DNA from: a virus
Taxonomy: Duplodnaviria; Caudoviricetes
Direction: 5' to 3' (one strand)
IMG/VR virus record: IMGVR_UViG_3300032007_000023
Span: 64,001-128,000 of that record
Length of the DNA stretch: 64,000 bases
Position numbers and translations under genes: made by a program. Positions 12,101 through 21,864 of this stretch are shown here, in pieces. The notes beneath the pieces were generated by a model. That model was not told where the DNA came from, made no database searches, and saw only the letters and a list, made by a program, of their open reading frames with translations. Within the stretch, counting starts at the first letter, position 1, and each line of letters starts with the position of its first letter.

Positions 12101-12149
12101 ACATAAAATGACTAATGATCTTAACCGTATAATCAACGGTGATACCTAA
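9117..12149 (+). CDS. tail/baseplate-associated structural protein (paralog of 6283..9090)
   Basis: GAGGTG SD; shared SNxYVxxSVDxDGN, YWDxxTW and KxxGTTDxI blocks. Confidence 0.65.
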   Translation: MNEYPKILETFKKNCPTAKFSNLYVCESVDMDGNVIETKIGKNIVTNYGLPTAVDGIIYSNTHMALGNGYAISDPDNIDPSESALKAYFSDLGFSSNHRDKSVTTYPIEYDSQTHLMTQSVRGGSYMWDYTAGNNGTYEATEFGINYYETYNNKNMLVHARVYDENGNLSSITKRPNTRLYITSFFTYAVNIDLINQLYQQKIYFMCSPLIATNDAMGKSYSTMYAIPLSSGYMYQVSTQDAPGITKNWERITTDDGRSLLSRTVDTGQSYYFNSLFFENNRWYCTGFYYGEAGDVYRSYWSSFLNETTLVENNRRIIFSYNELPSTGYDTIKNIESKFVAVNNSHEFTQSGTVNQTENILSLKYNFGSCNQDDSDRNYYGRIPCSQFDISSLMMYNYDTHAWDIPVGHINAPLTRYNNSHWKFGLELKVTYGGVAKYVCIFTNPYTQYTITGFENTGISIVATDEYWDTTTWNVIPNLADIPSELRNKRYYIITDGEHQALRPKYDITTRPIHRITPPIEPYEMTANGCPLNKEPSQLHYGSIQSSSITNILFNPISSDKYSYFFTSADLVYYDIENKELKASYPLVFDNDTYPHGLFRYKTEQEDRIIAAKIYRSSPYSNPSGSAIDNGASVLTNEFRIWTVGDYDVEPTAVDIKLEWSIPFTDGINNPNIISFSDIGYMCIQRHSEINEGAFIDVYNGTQHIISSNCDKLWALNRTSHCVYQDLDATTGTNYVFNVYDMETKQVIDTFSINTGVTYTIHGVVGWRNYIYIQTADTAQKIVFMYDTIKHELTTTTLDMDKRLDNDKFNQQYSWMTTNIYSTDDILIIGGYSNKYNNGYIGLLPVIKYTDPTHTMDLSESYYGDVFRRTRIDQTQIKRCKNGHALILLNRQPGSPAVTHVINLGEVFDEGIKRYPSDQLYLQTTDGYKDWPCIDGCAMLYKDGIILVSATENSALRNKIFYIPIECMSTFKITGTTDNINAYNNPVRFSGLNISHKMTNDLNRIINGDT

Positions 12150-12177
12150 TTAGATATGAAGTGTGTGGTGATATATC

Positions 12178-12711
12178 ATGGCTAATATATTTCAATCTAA
12201 AGAGGTTTTAAAAAAGACAAGGAATGCTCGTGGTGAGGCGGTAATAGTACCTGTATATGGAATGTATGTAACAGGTGAATATAAACCTCCGTATTATAAT
12301 AATAACAATGGTGTGTTTATAAATTCAATAAGCACAACAAAAGCAACAGTTGCTGACTTTACCGAAGATTCAGTAGATGTTAAAGACCCTTTTGCATGTG
12401 GTCTTGCTTCTGCTGAATTCAATATAGACTGGAATATTCAACTGTACGAGTCCGAAACAGCCCCAGATCAATACGTGGGCTTTTCATGTGGTATATGTAA
12501 TGCATCATTTGATATAAACTTTTCTATCGAAGAATATGAACGTGATTATTACGATCAACCACCGACATTTTCATGCGGAATATGTACACTCGGTATATCA
12601 GTAGCTGATTCGATAATACCAGTTCCAACAATTATTGCTGATCAAACACCTGAGTCATTGTTGTTATTAACAAGCATTCAAACAACGAAAGCAACTATAT
12701 CTGATGTATAA
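12178..12711 (+). CDS. hypothetical tail-cluster protein with three F(A/S)CG repeats
   Basis: GGTG SD; repeats visible in the translation. Confidence 0.6.
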   Translation: MANIFQSKEVLKKTRNARGEAVIVPVYGMYVTGEYKPPYYNNNNGVFINSISTTKATVADFTEDSVDVKDPFACGLASAEFNIDWNIQLYESETAPDQYVGFSCGICNASFDINFSIEEYERDYYDQPPTFSCGICTLGISVADSIIPVPTIIADQTPESLLLLTSIQTTKATISDV

Positions 12712-12720
12712 CGTGTAAAA

Positions 12721-12749
12721 TATTACGGGGGCATATTGCCCCCGTAATA
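12721..12749. terminator. bidirectional terminator between convergent genes
   Basis: tattacgggggca-tat-tgcccccgtaata, perfect 13-bp stem. Confidence 0.8.
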
Positions 12750-12756
12750 AACTTAT

Positions 12757-15700
12757 TTATTTTACGATATTGATTACGATGTTATCATCATCCATAACAA
12801 ACATTTCAGGAGTATATCTTTCAAGCTCAGATTTACCTCTGCTATCTTTGATCATATCTTCAAATGTTTTCCATTTACGAATGATTGCCTGTGTGTTGGC
12901 ATCCATATAGTTACCACCACGACCCTTATCGTTTGTATACCAACCTTTGAACTTCATCCATGCAACATTATCATGTGCTTCCATCTGTTGTATTACATGA
13001 GATATGTAGATATTATTATCCATACTGATCTCGTCGACAGGGGTGTGTACACTTGTTATACGATTGAAATATGATTTAACAATCAATCTCAATTCGTTAA
13101 TAGTGTTTGTTGCAAGAGCTTGGTTATAAAGTTTAACATCAAACTCGAGTTGGATATTCAAATCAGGCCAATATGCTCTATCGTCATCAGGATCAAGATT
13201 TACATTCAAATCAGATGAATATGAATGAGGTCTACCGTATGTTGCAATGAGTTTGCAATCAAGGTAATTGTTTCCTTCAAGACGTTTAAAGATAACTGGT
13301 TCGATTGCTTTGTGAACCTGAGTAAATGATGCAACAAAGTTTTCGAATCTATCAGAATTCATTAATGAATACTGAACAAATGGAACGAGTTGAATCGTGA
13401 GATGTCCGTTGATATTGACTGGTTCAAATGCATCATTTACATTTGCTTGATATGCACTGAATGTGTGATATATAAGATTCCAGTCGAGATGCTGTTTGAT
13501 ATCAACATAGTAGTTTGTATATGCACTATCCCAGTTAGAAGGTTCTTCTGTAAGTAATATATAATTACCATGAGAATCCTTGGTATAATATTTACCCTCT
13601 TCCCATTCAGGAGCTATGTCGCCTGTTATTGGTACGATTTCAGGATCATCATTGTCATAATGAATTATTGTATCCAATATGTCAGTGAGTTGACCGAACC
13701 ATTCGGGAATTCCATAGTCTTCCATGCATTTGCTGTACGAATTAAAGTAATCTTCTAATATTGCTTTATCAGAAACACATGCTGTCTGGAATGTAACAAA
13801 AGGATCATCAGGATCAACAGTACCTATGTACTGATTATATGCATAATCTGTGAGATAATACATGTTGAATGGTTGATCCTCATTATAGTCTGCAAATGCC
13901 ATCATATTCTTATACAGATCTATCTGTTCTTGTGATGGAACTGATGTATCACCAAATTCAACAACACTTCTCATTTCCTTTAATTCCTGAACCAGATCAA
14001 CGTCATCTAACATGAACTCATCTATGACTCTGAAACCAGTGAAGTCATCACCGAGTTCAATTTCTGAGTCTCTGTTGGGGTCATCTGATCTAACAAGTAT
14101 GGTTAACTTGATTTGAGGATCTGTTGCACTGATGCTTACAACATTACCATTTACAGCCTTCCATGAACCACCACCATTTTCAGATGATGCAATATCAATA
14201 CGATTATCAATATCAAGTAATTCTGTCAATGGATACATTGTTGCTTCGAACTTATATGAACCATCATCTTCAAGAGATACAGGTTGCATTTCGATACGTC
14301 CGGTTTCAGAACCATTGACGATTGAATGCATAAGAACACGAAGATTATTAAGCTTAAGAGGAAGCTGTTCTGAATAAACATAGAACATTGCTTCACCTTT
14401 ATCGAGTGCTGAGAAAGGTATTCTGTAATATGCTATAGCTCCACTCTCTGGTGCAGGCTTCATATCAGCATAAAGAATAATTGATGTAGAACCAAGTTGA
14501 TTGAGATCAAATACATATCTTCCTGGTTCAGATTGTTCTTCACTCCATTCATATGGAATGTAAACATTAGCAGCATTGGATATGGTATAAGTAACCTGTC
14601 TCTCAGATGAAGTATGTGTTTCTTCATCTTCGACTGCATAATATACGTTGATGTATACTGCAGAAGCATAACTCTTGCCAATCTTAATAAGCTGGCTTTC
14701 ACCATACTTTGTGAGTTCTGTTTTTGATGCTTCACCAACGACGAGTTTTGTTATCGTACCACGTGGAGCATTTTCAGAAAGACGCATCTCATAATAATTC
14801 TGAGTCTCGACTCTCTTGAATGTTATGAGATCTTCGGTAGTCAGTTTAGGAAACAGACCAATCTCAGTATCACCAGACACAGGAATATCTTGACGACTTG
14901 AACTGTTGTTACCCCATACTTCATCAGTACCATAAAGAATCATTCCAGGAATTCTTACAGGAGTTCTTTTCTTGTCAGGTGTAGAAGTATTTCCTTCTTC
15001 AATCCATATGTCACCAGAGAATGTCCACATATTATCATTCGTTCTATCCTTGGAAGTAACGCAGAAATACGTCTCCTTAGGATCGAATGGTAAGAAACCA
15101 TCGTCTTCATCAAGAGGAAGAAGTGGTATTGCTTCAGCATACATGTCCAAAGGTTTCTTGAAATAATTCCACAATACTGATTCAAAAGCAGGAGCAACCG
15201 CATTAACACGTAAATACTCAACAAGACTTTGACCATTATTCATTCCAGGTATATTAGGAAGAATATATGATGTGATGGTATAATGATCATCCTTATATGT
15301 TCTCATGATATTTGTAATGATTGGGTATGCATGATAGATATAAGAAATATCCTCGGTATTATTATCAACAGCAGCTGCAGAATTTGTCTTGTTTATTTTT
15401 GTTGCAGTAACATATTCGTTTACCCATGGATTGAAATATCCAATTGCAAACGGATCCTTCTGAATTCTTATACCAAAAGGATTTGCAAAAACAAACTTAT
15501 CTGCTATACTTGCTAATGTTGATGCAGTTTCAACAGTAACACCATTTCCTTTTGTATACGGAGTAACAGTATAAAGATGCTGATGATCCTTGTAGTTTGT
15601 TGTATATACCCAGATCCAACCTGGAGGAATTATAATCTCATTGTTGGAAACTGTGTTGTTATTGTTATTATACAATACCTCATATGGAATTTCAGCATGA

Positions 15701-16977
15701 AGTGTATTTGTCCTGTAGATGTAATCATCATTATCTGTCAAGGCAATATAACCACTCCAGATTCTACCCCATGGATCATCACGTCTCTTGAAGAAGTATG
15801 GATACAATATATTCTTGAAATAGAATGTATTGAACCACTCATCAATATCATGATCAGTTGATAAAACATTGGCAGTATTATATGCCTCAATAGTTTCTCT
15901 ACGAGTTGTTTCAACAGTACCAATGTCAGCACCACCAAGACAACCAGAAATGATGAATGCAGCTTTCATTACATTAGCATTATTAGAATATCTATTAGCT
16001 GCTGTAATTACACCAGGCTGTTCTTCATTTTTGTAGCTAGGAGCATTTGCTGCTTTACCATGACATGTGTAGATGGTTATTTCAAATGAAGAGTTTGTTT
16101 CAGGTACGAAATAACGATTACCGTTTAATTGCCACATGAAACGTATTGTCTGTGGATTGTCCATTATGTAGTGAACATATGGATTATTGTCAGTAACAGT
16201 ATCATGTATTGCAAGTATGTGATCTCTTGGTAATATTGATTCATTACCTTTACTATCGATATACTTTACATCGAATCCTGCAATATGATTTTCACACATA
16301 ATCACAGTATCTTCATTAGGTATACCATTCGTTGTATTATTTACAACAGTATGAACCTGACGTTCATATTCATTTGCCTGAATCAATAAACATAACCAAA
16401 CATCAGTAACACGATATGTGATGTAAACATTCTTGTTTGTTGCACATACATTTGCATCATTTCTATTAATATACTGAATATTCCATGCGGGAATAGATGC
16501 TTCAATACTTGATGTTGATATATCCTTATACTGGATAAGAATATCATAATCAAGAGAATACACAAATCCTTCAGGAAGATTAAACTTGGTATTCTTATCA
16601 AGAATGAATTCGTATAATCCATTATCTGCATTGAATACCGCGTTATCATAGATATCCTGAATCTTAAGTTCCAATAAGAAATTTGTTGATGCAGGTGTTG
16701 CAAATGAATAACCGATGTTGAATATTGCGGCTTCGGCATATATAGAATCCGGAAGAACCGCTTTTGTTATAAATGATTCATTGAAGTAGAATGACGATGT
16801 GAAACCGAGCTGTTCTGTTATCTGTGAAATATACTCACTGACAAGAGAGAAGAAACCTGTATTCAAAACATTCAATGGAATGTCATGAAATACTCTCGGT
16901 GCAAGCTCATCAAACATAAACTTTTTTATCTGACTATCATCAGAATAATTGTTAAGTAAGATTGATTCATCAGCCAT
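12757..16977 (-). CDS. baseplate wedge-like structural protein (T4 gp6 / baseplate-J-like)
   Basis: AGGAGG SD; N-terminal ESFITKAVLPDSIYAEAAIF; YTCHGKAAN and GGAD...ETTRR motifs resembling gp6/J-family wedge proteins; 1406 aa. Confidence 0.65.
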   Translation of the reverse strand: MADESILLNNYSDDSQIKKFMFDELAPRVFHDIPLNVLNTGFFSLVSEYISQITEQLGFTSSFYFNESFITKAVLPDSIYAEAAIFNIGYSFATPASTNFLLELKIQDIYDNAVFNADNGLYEFILDKNTKFNLPEGFVYSLDYDILIQYKDISTSSIEASIPAWNIQYINRNDANVCATNKNVYITYRVTDVWLCLLIQANEYERQVHTVVNNTTNGIPNEDTVIMCENHIAGFDVKYIDSKGNESILPRDHILAIHDTVTDNNPYVHYIMDNPQTIRFMWQLNGNRYFVPETNSSFEITIYTCHGKAANAPSYKNEEQPGVITAANRYSNNANVMKAAFIISGCLGGADIGTVETTRRETIEAYNTANVLSTDHDIDEWFNTFYFKNILYPYFFKRRDDPWGRIWSGYIALTDNDDYIYRTNTLHAEIPYEVLYNNNNNTVSNNEIIIPPGWIWVYTTNYKDHQHLYTVTPYTKGNGVTVETASTLASIADKFVFANPFGIRIQKDPFAIGYFNPWVNEYVTATKINKTNSAAAVDNNTEDISYIYHAYPIITNIMRTYKDDHYTITSYILPNIPGMNNGQSLVEYLRVNAVAPAFESVLWNYFKKPLDMYAEAIPLLPLDEDDGFLPFDPKETYFCVTSKDRTNDNMWTFSGDIWIEEGNTSTPDKKRTPVRIPGMILYGTDEVWGNNSSSRQDIPVSGDTEIGLFPKLTTEDLITFKRVETQNYYEMRLSENAPRGTITKLVVGEASKTELTKYGESQLIKIGKSYASAVYINVYYAVEDEETHTSSERQVTYTISNAANVYIPYEWSEEQSEPGRYVFDLNQLGSTSIILYADMKPAPESGAIAYYRIPFSALDKGEAMFYVYSEQLPLKLNNLRVLMHSIVNGSETGRIEMQPVSLEDDGSYKFEATMYPLTELLDIDNRIDIASSENGGGSWKAVNGNVVSISATDPQIKLTILVRSDDPNRDSEIELGDDFTGFRVIDEFMLDDVDLVQELKEMRSVVEFGDTSVPSQEQIDLYKNMMAFADYNEDQPFNMYYLTDYAYNQYIGTVDPDDPFVTFQTACVSDKAILEDYFNSYSKCMEDYGIPEWFGQLTDILDTIIHYDNDDPEIVPITGDIAPEWEEGKYYTKDSHGNYILLTEEPSNWDSAYTNYYVDIKQHLDWNLIYHTFSAYQANVNDAFEPVNINGHLTIQLVPFVQYSLMNSDRFENFVASFTQVHKAIEPVIFKRLEGNNYLDCKLIATYGRPHSYSSDLNVNLDPDDDRAYWPDLNIQLEFDVKLYNQALATNTINELRLIVKSYFNRITSVHTPVDEISMDNNIYISHVIQQMEAHDNVAWMKFKGWYTNDKGRGGNYMDANTQAIIRKWKTFEDMIKDSRGKSELERYTPEMFVMDDDNIVINIVK

Positions 16978-17119
16978 TTTTCAAAACCTCCTGTTATTGT
17001 ATTAAATATGTTATTGAACCTCGAGGTAAGTTCTACCGTATAAGGTTAAAACATACATTATGGTTTGGTCGGGAATCATCGACAATCCATAATAATTTTA
17101 TGAAAAGGAGATGTTAATT

Positions 17120-20100
17120 ATGGCTGAAGATAGGGTTCAACTTAAACAAGAAGAAATCGTTGGTAACGAAGTTGTTCTCAGCGATATAAACCCTAAGTCA
17201 AATACCAAGTCAATAGATGACCCCACGACAGGTGCTTCATTGGATAAGACTCTTGAAAGAATGTGGCAATCAATAAACAACAAACTTTCACGTATTGTCA
17301 ATAGTGTTAATGGTCGTACTGGTGTTGTCGTTCTTGATTCATCTGATGTCGGACTTGGTAATGTCGATAACGTTTCATTCGCCGATATCAAGCAATGGGT
17401 TATAACAAGAACTGCCCAGGAATTTGGTTTCAAGAGACTTGCATTATTCAATTCTCTTCGTGAACTTGATGATACTATAAACCATGAATGGTTACATGAT
17501 GAGGTGTATGCAAATAAACCCTTCTATTCACATCATGGTTATAAATCAAATGGTGTAATGGATAACCGTGGTTACATAGGTTACATCTATTACGATTCAT
17601 CTGTTAATAAGCTTAAGCATACTGAGATGGTTCTTGACACTATCGGTTCTGCTGATAATTCTATTATATATAATGAGCAAGGACATCAGAATGGTGAAAC
17701 TCGTGACTATAGTGAAAGCGGTCGTATAGGTGTAAACATCTGGACATATGAAGATGCTCTTGAGGTATATAATAATATATCCTCTGAAAATAAGGCTGAC
17801 TCGGGTCTTCGTATAAACAAAGACAATATCGCACCTAAACTTTATTTCTTTGATGGAGTATATGGTGATGGTGCTACTTCACGGGATCCAAATGCGTTAC
17901 TTTACTATGCTGCTAAGGATATCGAACAGGATAAACCAAATGCTGTTGATATTTATATCGATGGAACCAAGATAGAATATAATAGATCAAACAGTCTTGG
18001 ACAGAATCTGTACAATAATACGAATTACATCAAGCAATCATTCAAAGTAAATGATCTCATTCTTTGTAATTTCAATGATGAGAATTATCTCCAGCCGGTT
18101 GATGCTAGTCATGCTAATGATAGGGTGCTCAATATTGAAATGAATCCATTGCTTATGCTTAAGAGACCTTGTATTGGTCAGGTTACAAAAGCACCGACAG
18201 CACAAGATCCTTCGGTTAATTATGAGATTAGATTCTATTCAATAAGACAGAATATATATCGCGGTCTCAAATATGATACTATACATACTAATGATTCAGA
18301 CTATCCTAATGGGGCTTTAAGTGTTGATCTGCTTACAACAACCACTATCAAAAAAGGAGATGATCTGATTTATGTGACAACAGTACCAAATCAGAAATTC
18401 GTCAACTTAAGTGGTATGAATGCAATGCGTCCATATAATCCGAAATATCAGCATACAAATAATGGTGCTGGTGGTAAACGAACATTCAGAACCATATTGC
18501 CAACAGGTGTTATTACTGATATCTATCAGGATGATACAACTGGCTTACCTAATGAAGAAGGTTCAATGTTTATCTTACCAAACTATTCATTGTGTGTAAT
18601 TCCATATACAGCACATGTTGAACAAAACAATCAGCTTGTAAGTAACTGGCCTATGTCTGCTCCTCCTATACCCAATGAACCAAATTGGGATTATGGAAAT
18701 AATGATACCACCTTATTGGGTATTAACCTTGTTAAAGGTGTAAATAAATCATCTTCTGATACTCGTCCTGGTTTTGTAACAAACCTTTCTGGATTAAGGA
18801 TAGATGATGAGGTAGACCCAATAACTGGTAAATGGCTTGGTATTGGTGATAATTCCGGTATATCAATACAAAACCATTCAGGTGGTTTATCAGTAAATGT
18901 GGGTAGTTTCCTTGAAATAGGTAGCTCTGACGCATCATATGCAAAGAATAGATCGGATATTTTCTTCTATGAGGAAGGTAAGGTTAATGTTCGTATTGAT
19001 AAGATGCGAGGTTTACATGAATCATATGATAATAAACTTTCTGTAAATATATCAGAGAATACAGCGCCAAAGGATCATGATGCGAACCATCTCTCTGGTG
19101 GTTTGAAATTTACTGATGACTATGGTGACGAAGCTACACCACAATATGGTGTTCTCTCCGTGAATACCGGAGGAAATGCAAGAGGTTTATCAATAAAGAA
19201 TAATACTCCTTGTGATGTAAAATATAATATAGCAGGTAATCCTATACATGTCATCAATGAAAGTAATGTATTAGGTGTTCAGCTGTATGATTTAACAAGA
19301 GAAATATCTCAAACCACATCAGAAACAATAACACCTTCCGGTCTTGAAATAAAGTATGGAATCTTTGAAGAAGACATTGTTCCATTACTTCCGAACAGTA
19401 ATGTTTATTCTAAAAAAGTATGGAACACTGTATTTGATCTGGATTATGAACTCAATTTGGATCCAGCACAATATCCAAATCGAACACCATTCAAAGATAA
19501 TGAAGTATATATTGCAGCAGGTTCAAGGTGGATAGTTAGTACATCAGAACTTGTTTATCATCCCTACGTTGTATTCTATTCTGACAAAGATCAGTATGAT
19601 CAAGTTCTCGATTCAATAAGATCGGATCCTACCATATGGCCTGAATCAAAACAATGTCATGTACTTATTGAAGATTCATCAGATCCGGATGTATATACCA
19701 TAACCGGAAAAGCATATGGTGATATTATTAATTTACATTTACCAGATACTGATTTCAATGGAAGAATATTTGCAGATGATGCATCTTTTGTAAGACGTAT
19801 GACAGCTATCATGTCAAGTGCCTTACCATCAATCTATGTTAAAAAAGATGCAACAACCGGTGGTATTGAAGGATTCTATAGTGATCCTGAAAAAACAACT
19901 CCGTTTGTCATTCCATCTACTGCGGTTGAAGGTGATCTTTTTACCACTATGAACTATGTTGAGGAGTTTAATATTCCTGGTAATAGTGAATTATTATATG
20001 AAATACTTTATGAATGTTATAAACCTCAGGGATCTGATAATCTTGAATTGCGTGTGTATAAACCATCTGGTTTAGGAGATCAAGCACCAGATCCATGGAC

Positions 20101-20881
20101 AGAGTCTTCATTCATTGAGATGCTTCGTAGATCAGATGCAGATCAGAATGGTAGAATTACTACTGTTGATTCAACATGGATTCTCTCTTTTTATGCAGAG
20201 TTACAAAATGAATATCGTGGTATGTCATTGACAGATGCATGGATTGCATTTTTGGATGCTCACGGAAAGACTGTCAGTGATGATCCTATTATAACAATAT
20301 TCAGTTGTAAATATGAAAAGGGTGTTCGTATAAAATATGATGAATCGCGTGGTATAACGTATTCACCTATATTGATCGAAGGATCATTAATTGATGGAAC
20401 CGATAGATCTGATTATGATATTAATACACTTAGGGCTAATGCAAAACATGATGCTATCAGTATTAAAATCGCAGATCCTTCTTCAGGTGTTTTGACATTC
20501 GACAAATATATTTGTGGAGGTCTTAGGTTTGGCACAAATGGATATCTCGGTGTGCGTATAAATAATTCAAACAAATATAATGCAGCATTACCATCAAAGA
20601 ATAATGGAACACAGAGTGATGATCTCTCCATAGGAACCCGTGGTCTTCATATATATGACAAGAATATTCTCGGTATTCAGTTAACTAATGACGGCAGAAT
20701 CGATAATGGTGAGTTATATTTTGATGAAGACGGTAATCTTCGTATATCTAAAGCATTTAATCCGGGAAAAGAAAACATGACAATTTCAGGAAAATTGAAT
20801 GGAGTAACAACAAATGTTTCTTATAATGGATCTGAAGATGTTACAATAACACTTGGTCCTGGATTGTGTTTTAGTGAATGA
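17120..20881 (+). CDS. tail fibre/spike protein with beta-spiral-like repeats and a split dockerin-like domain
   Basis: AAGGAG SD; VNSVNGRTGVVVLDSSDVGLGNVDN tail-fibre repeat; GLx repeats; two EF-hand-like dockerin repeats. Confidence 0.75.
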   Translation: MAEDRVQLKQEEIVGNEVVLSDINPKSNTKSIDDPTTGASLDKTLERMWQSINNKLSRIVNSVNGRTGVVVLDSSDVGLGNVDNVSFADIKQWVITRTAQEFGFKRLALFNSLRELDDTINHEWLHDEVYANKPFYSHHGYKSNGVMDNRGYIGYIYYDSSVNKLKHTEMVLDTIGSADNSIIYNEQGHQNGETRDYSESGRIGVNIWTYEDALEVYNNISSENKADSGLRINKDNIAPKLYFFDGVYGDGATSRDPNALLYYAAKDIEQDKPNAVDIYIDGTKIEYNRSNSLGQNLYNNTNYIKQSFKVNDLILCNFNDENYLQPVDASHANDRVLNIEMNPLLMLKRPCIGQVTKAPTAQDPSVNYEIRFYSIRQNIYRGLKYDTIHTNDSDYPNGALSVDLLTTTTIKKGDDLIYVTTVPNQKFVNLSGMNAMRPYNPKYQHTNNGAGGKRTFRTILPTGVITDIYQDDTTGLPNEEGSMFILPNYSLCVIPYTAHVEQNNQLVSNWPMSAPPIPNEPNWDYGNNDTTLLGINLVKGVNKSSSDTRPGFVTNLSGLRIDDEVDPITGKWLGIGDNSGISIQNHSGGLSVNVGSFLEIGSSDASYAKNRSDIFFYEEGKVNVRIDKMRGLHESYDNKLSVNISENTAPKDHDANHLSGGLKFTDDYGDEATPQYGVLSVNTGGNARGLSIKNNTPCDVKYNIAGNPIHVINESNVLGVQLYDLTREISQTTSETITPSGLEIKYGIFEEDIVPLLPNSNVYSKKVWNTVFDLDYELNLDPAQYPNRTPFKDNEVYIAAGSRWIVSTSELVYHPYVVFYSDKDQYDQVLDSIRSDPTIWPESKQCHVLIEDSSDPDVYTITGKAYGDIINLHLPDTDFNGRIFADDASFVRRMTAIMSSALPSIYVKKDATTGGIEGFYSDPEKTTPFVIPSTAVEGDLFTTMNYVEEFNIPGNSELLYEILYECYKPQGSDNLELRVYKPSGLGDQAPDPWTESSFIEMLRRSDADQNGRITTVDSTWILSFYAELQNEYRGMSLTDAWIAFLDAHGKTVSDDPIITIFSCKYEKGVRIKYDESRGITYSPILIEGSLIDGTDRSDYDINTLRANAKHDAISIKIADPSSGVLTFDKYICGGLRFGTNGYLGVRINNSNKYNAALPSKNNGTQSDDLSIGTRGLHIYDKNILGIQLTNDGRIDNGELYFDEDGNLRISKAFNPGKENMTISGKLNGVTTNVSYNGSEDVTITLGPGLCFSE

Positions 20882-20899
20882 GAAAGGAGATTTTGTTAA

Positions 20900-21412
20900 A
20901 TGAGTAATATTAAAATCACTCTTGCTCTTGATAATTCACTTGAATATGGTAATAAGGGTACAGGTCCATTACGAATAAAAGCATCAAAACTTGACGAAGG
21001 TACTTCGCGTGCTAATACATTAGAATTTAAATCTGATGGATTATATGCTCAAGCAAAGCCAGGAGACCCCGGTTCTACAGGAACCGGGTATCCTGACAGA
21101 TATGAATCATATAATGGAATAAAGTCCGGTGTCACAACACCGCATTCAGATGATTCATACCCGCGGAGAATCGTTGCAGATTGTTTTATTCATCGAGTCT
21201 TTACTGGAGTATGGAGAAATAATACTGTTGAAGATCTTGACGTACGAGATTTCGATAGAATATATCCTGGGGATCTCGTGCGATACAAAAATACAGTAGA
21301 CAATAAATGGGTGTATCATGTAATCACTGCAGTTGATAATACCGATCAACATATTCTTGAATTATCTCGAGTAATAGCATTTATTCCTTTTACAGAAACA
21401 GAGGTTAATTGA
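20900..21412 (+). CDS. small fibre-like protein (MSxNIK family)
   Basis: AAGGAG SD; N-terminus shared with the next two genes. Confidence 0.6.
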   Translation: MSNIKITLALDNSLEYGNKGTGPLRIKASKLDEGTSRANTLEFKSDGLYAQAKPGDPGSTGTGYPDRYESYNGIKSGVTTPHSDDSYPRRIVADCFIHRVFTGVWRNNTVEDLDVRDFDRIYPGDLVRYKNTVDNKWVYHVITAVDNTDQHILELSRVIAFIPFTETEVN

Positions 21413-21429
21413 TTTAGGTGGTGTGATGA

Positions 21430-21837
21430 ATGAGTAAAAATATAAAATTAACAATAGACGCATTACCAACATCTTCAACGGGACTCGGGTTTGATGATAA
21501 TAAATTAGTAGTTAAAATATCAAAGACTGCTAATAACGGACTGAGTATTGTTAATGGAAAGCTTGTTGCTACAAAAGCACCTGATGGTACACCAGGTGGT
21601 GGAACAATGAATCTTCCTGGTAATGCAATTGGTCCGACAACAGCATCAAGCACTACAGCTCTTGGTACAGTGGGTTTAAATAAAACGGTATCAAGAAAAC
21701 AAAAGGCAGGTAGTAATCAAAGTCAATTTGTAAAAGATTCTGATGGTCCTGTAATGACAAAAGTGTCAAACGGTTCATTGGTCTCTAATAAATCCATTGC
21801 ATCATACATGATTCGTTATAATCAAGAAAACCCATAA
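21430..21837 (+). CDS. small fibre-like protein (MSxNIK family)
   Basis: AGGTGG SD; GLGFDDNKLVV and GLSIVNGKLV repeats. Confidence 0.6.
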   Translation: MSKNIKLTIDALPTSSTGLGFDDNKLVVKISKTANNGLSIVNGKLVATKAPDGTPGGGTMNLPGNAIGPTTASSTTALGTVGLNKTVSRKQKAGSNQSQFVKDSDGPVMTKVSNGSLVSNKSIASYMIRYNQENP

Positions 21838-21864
21838 ATATAAATGCGAGGTGATATATGAATC

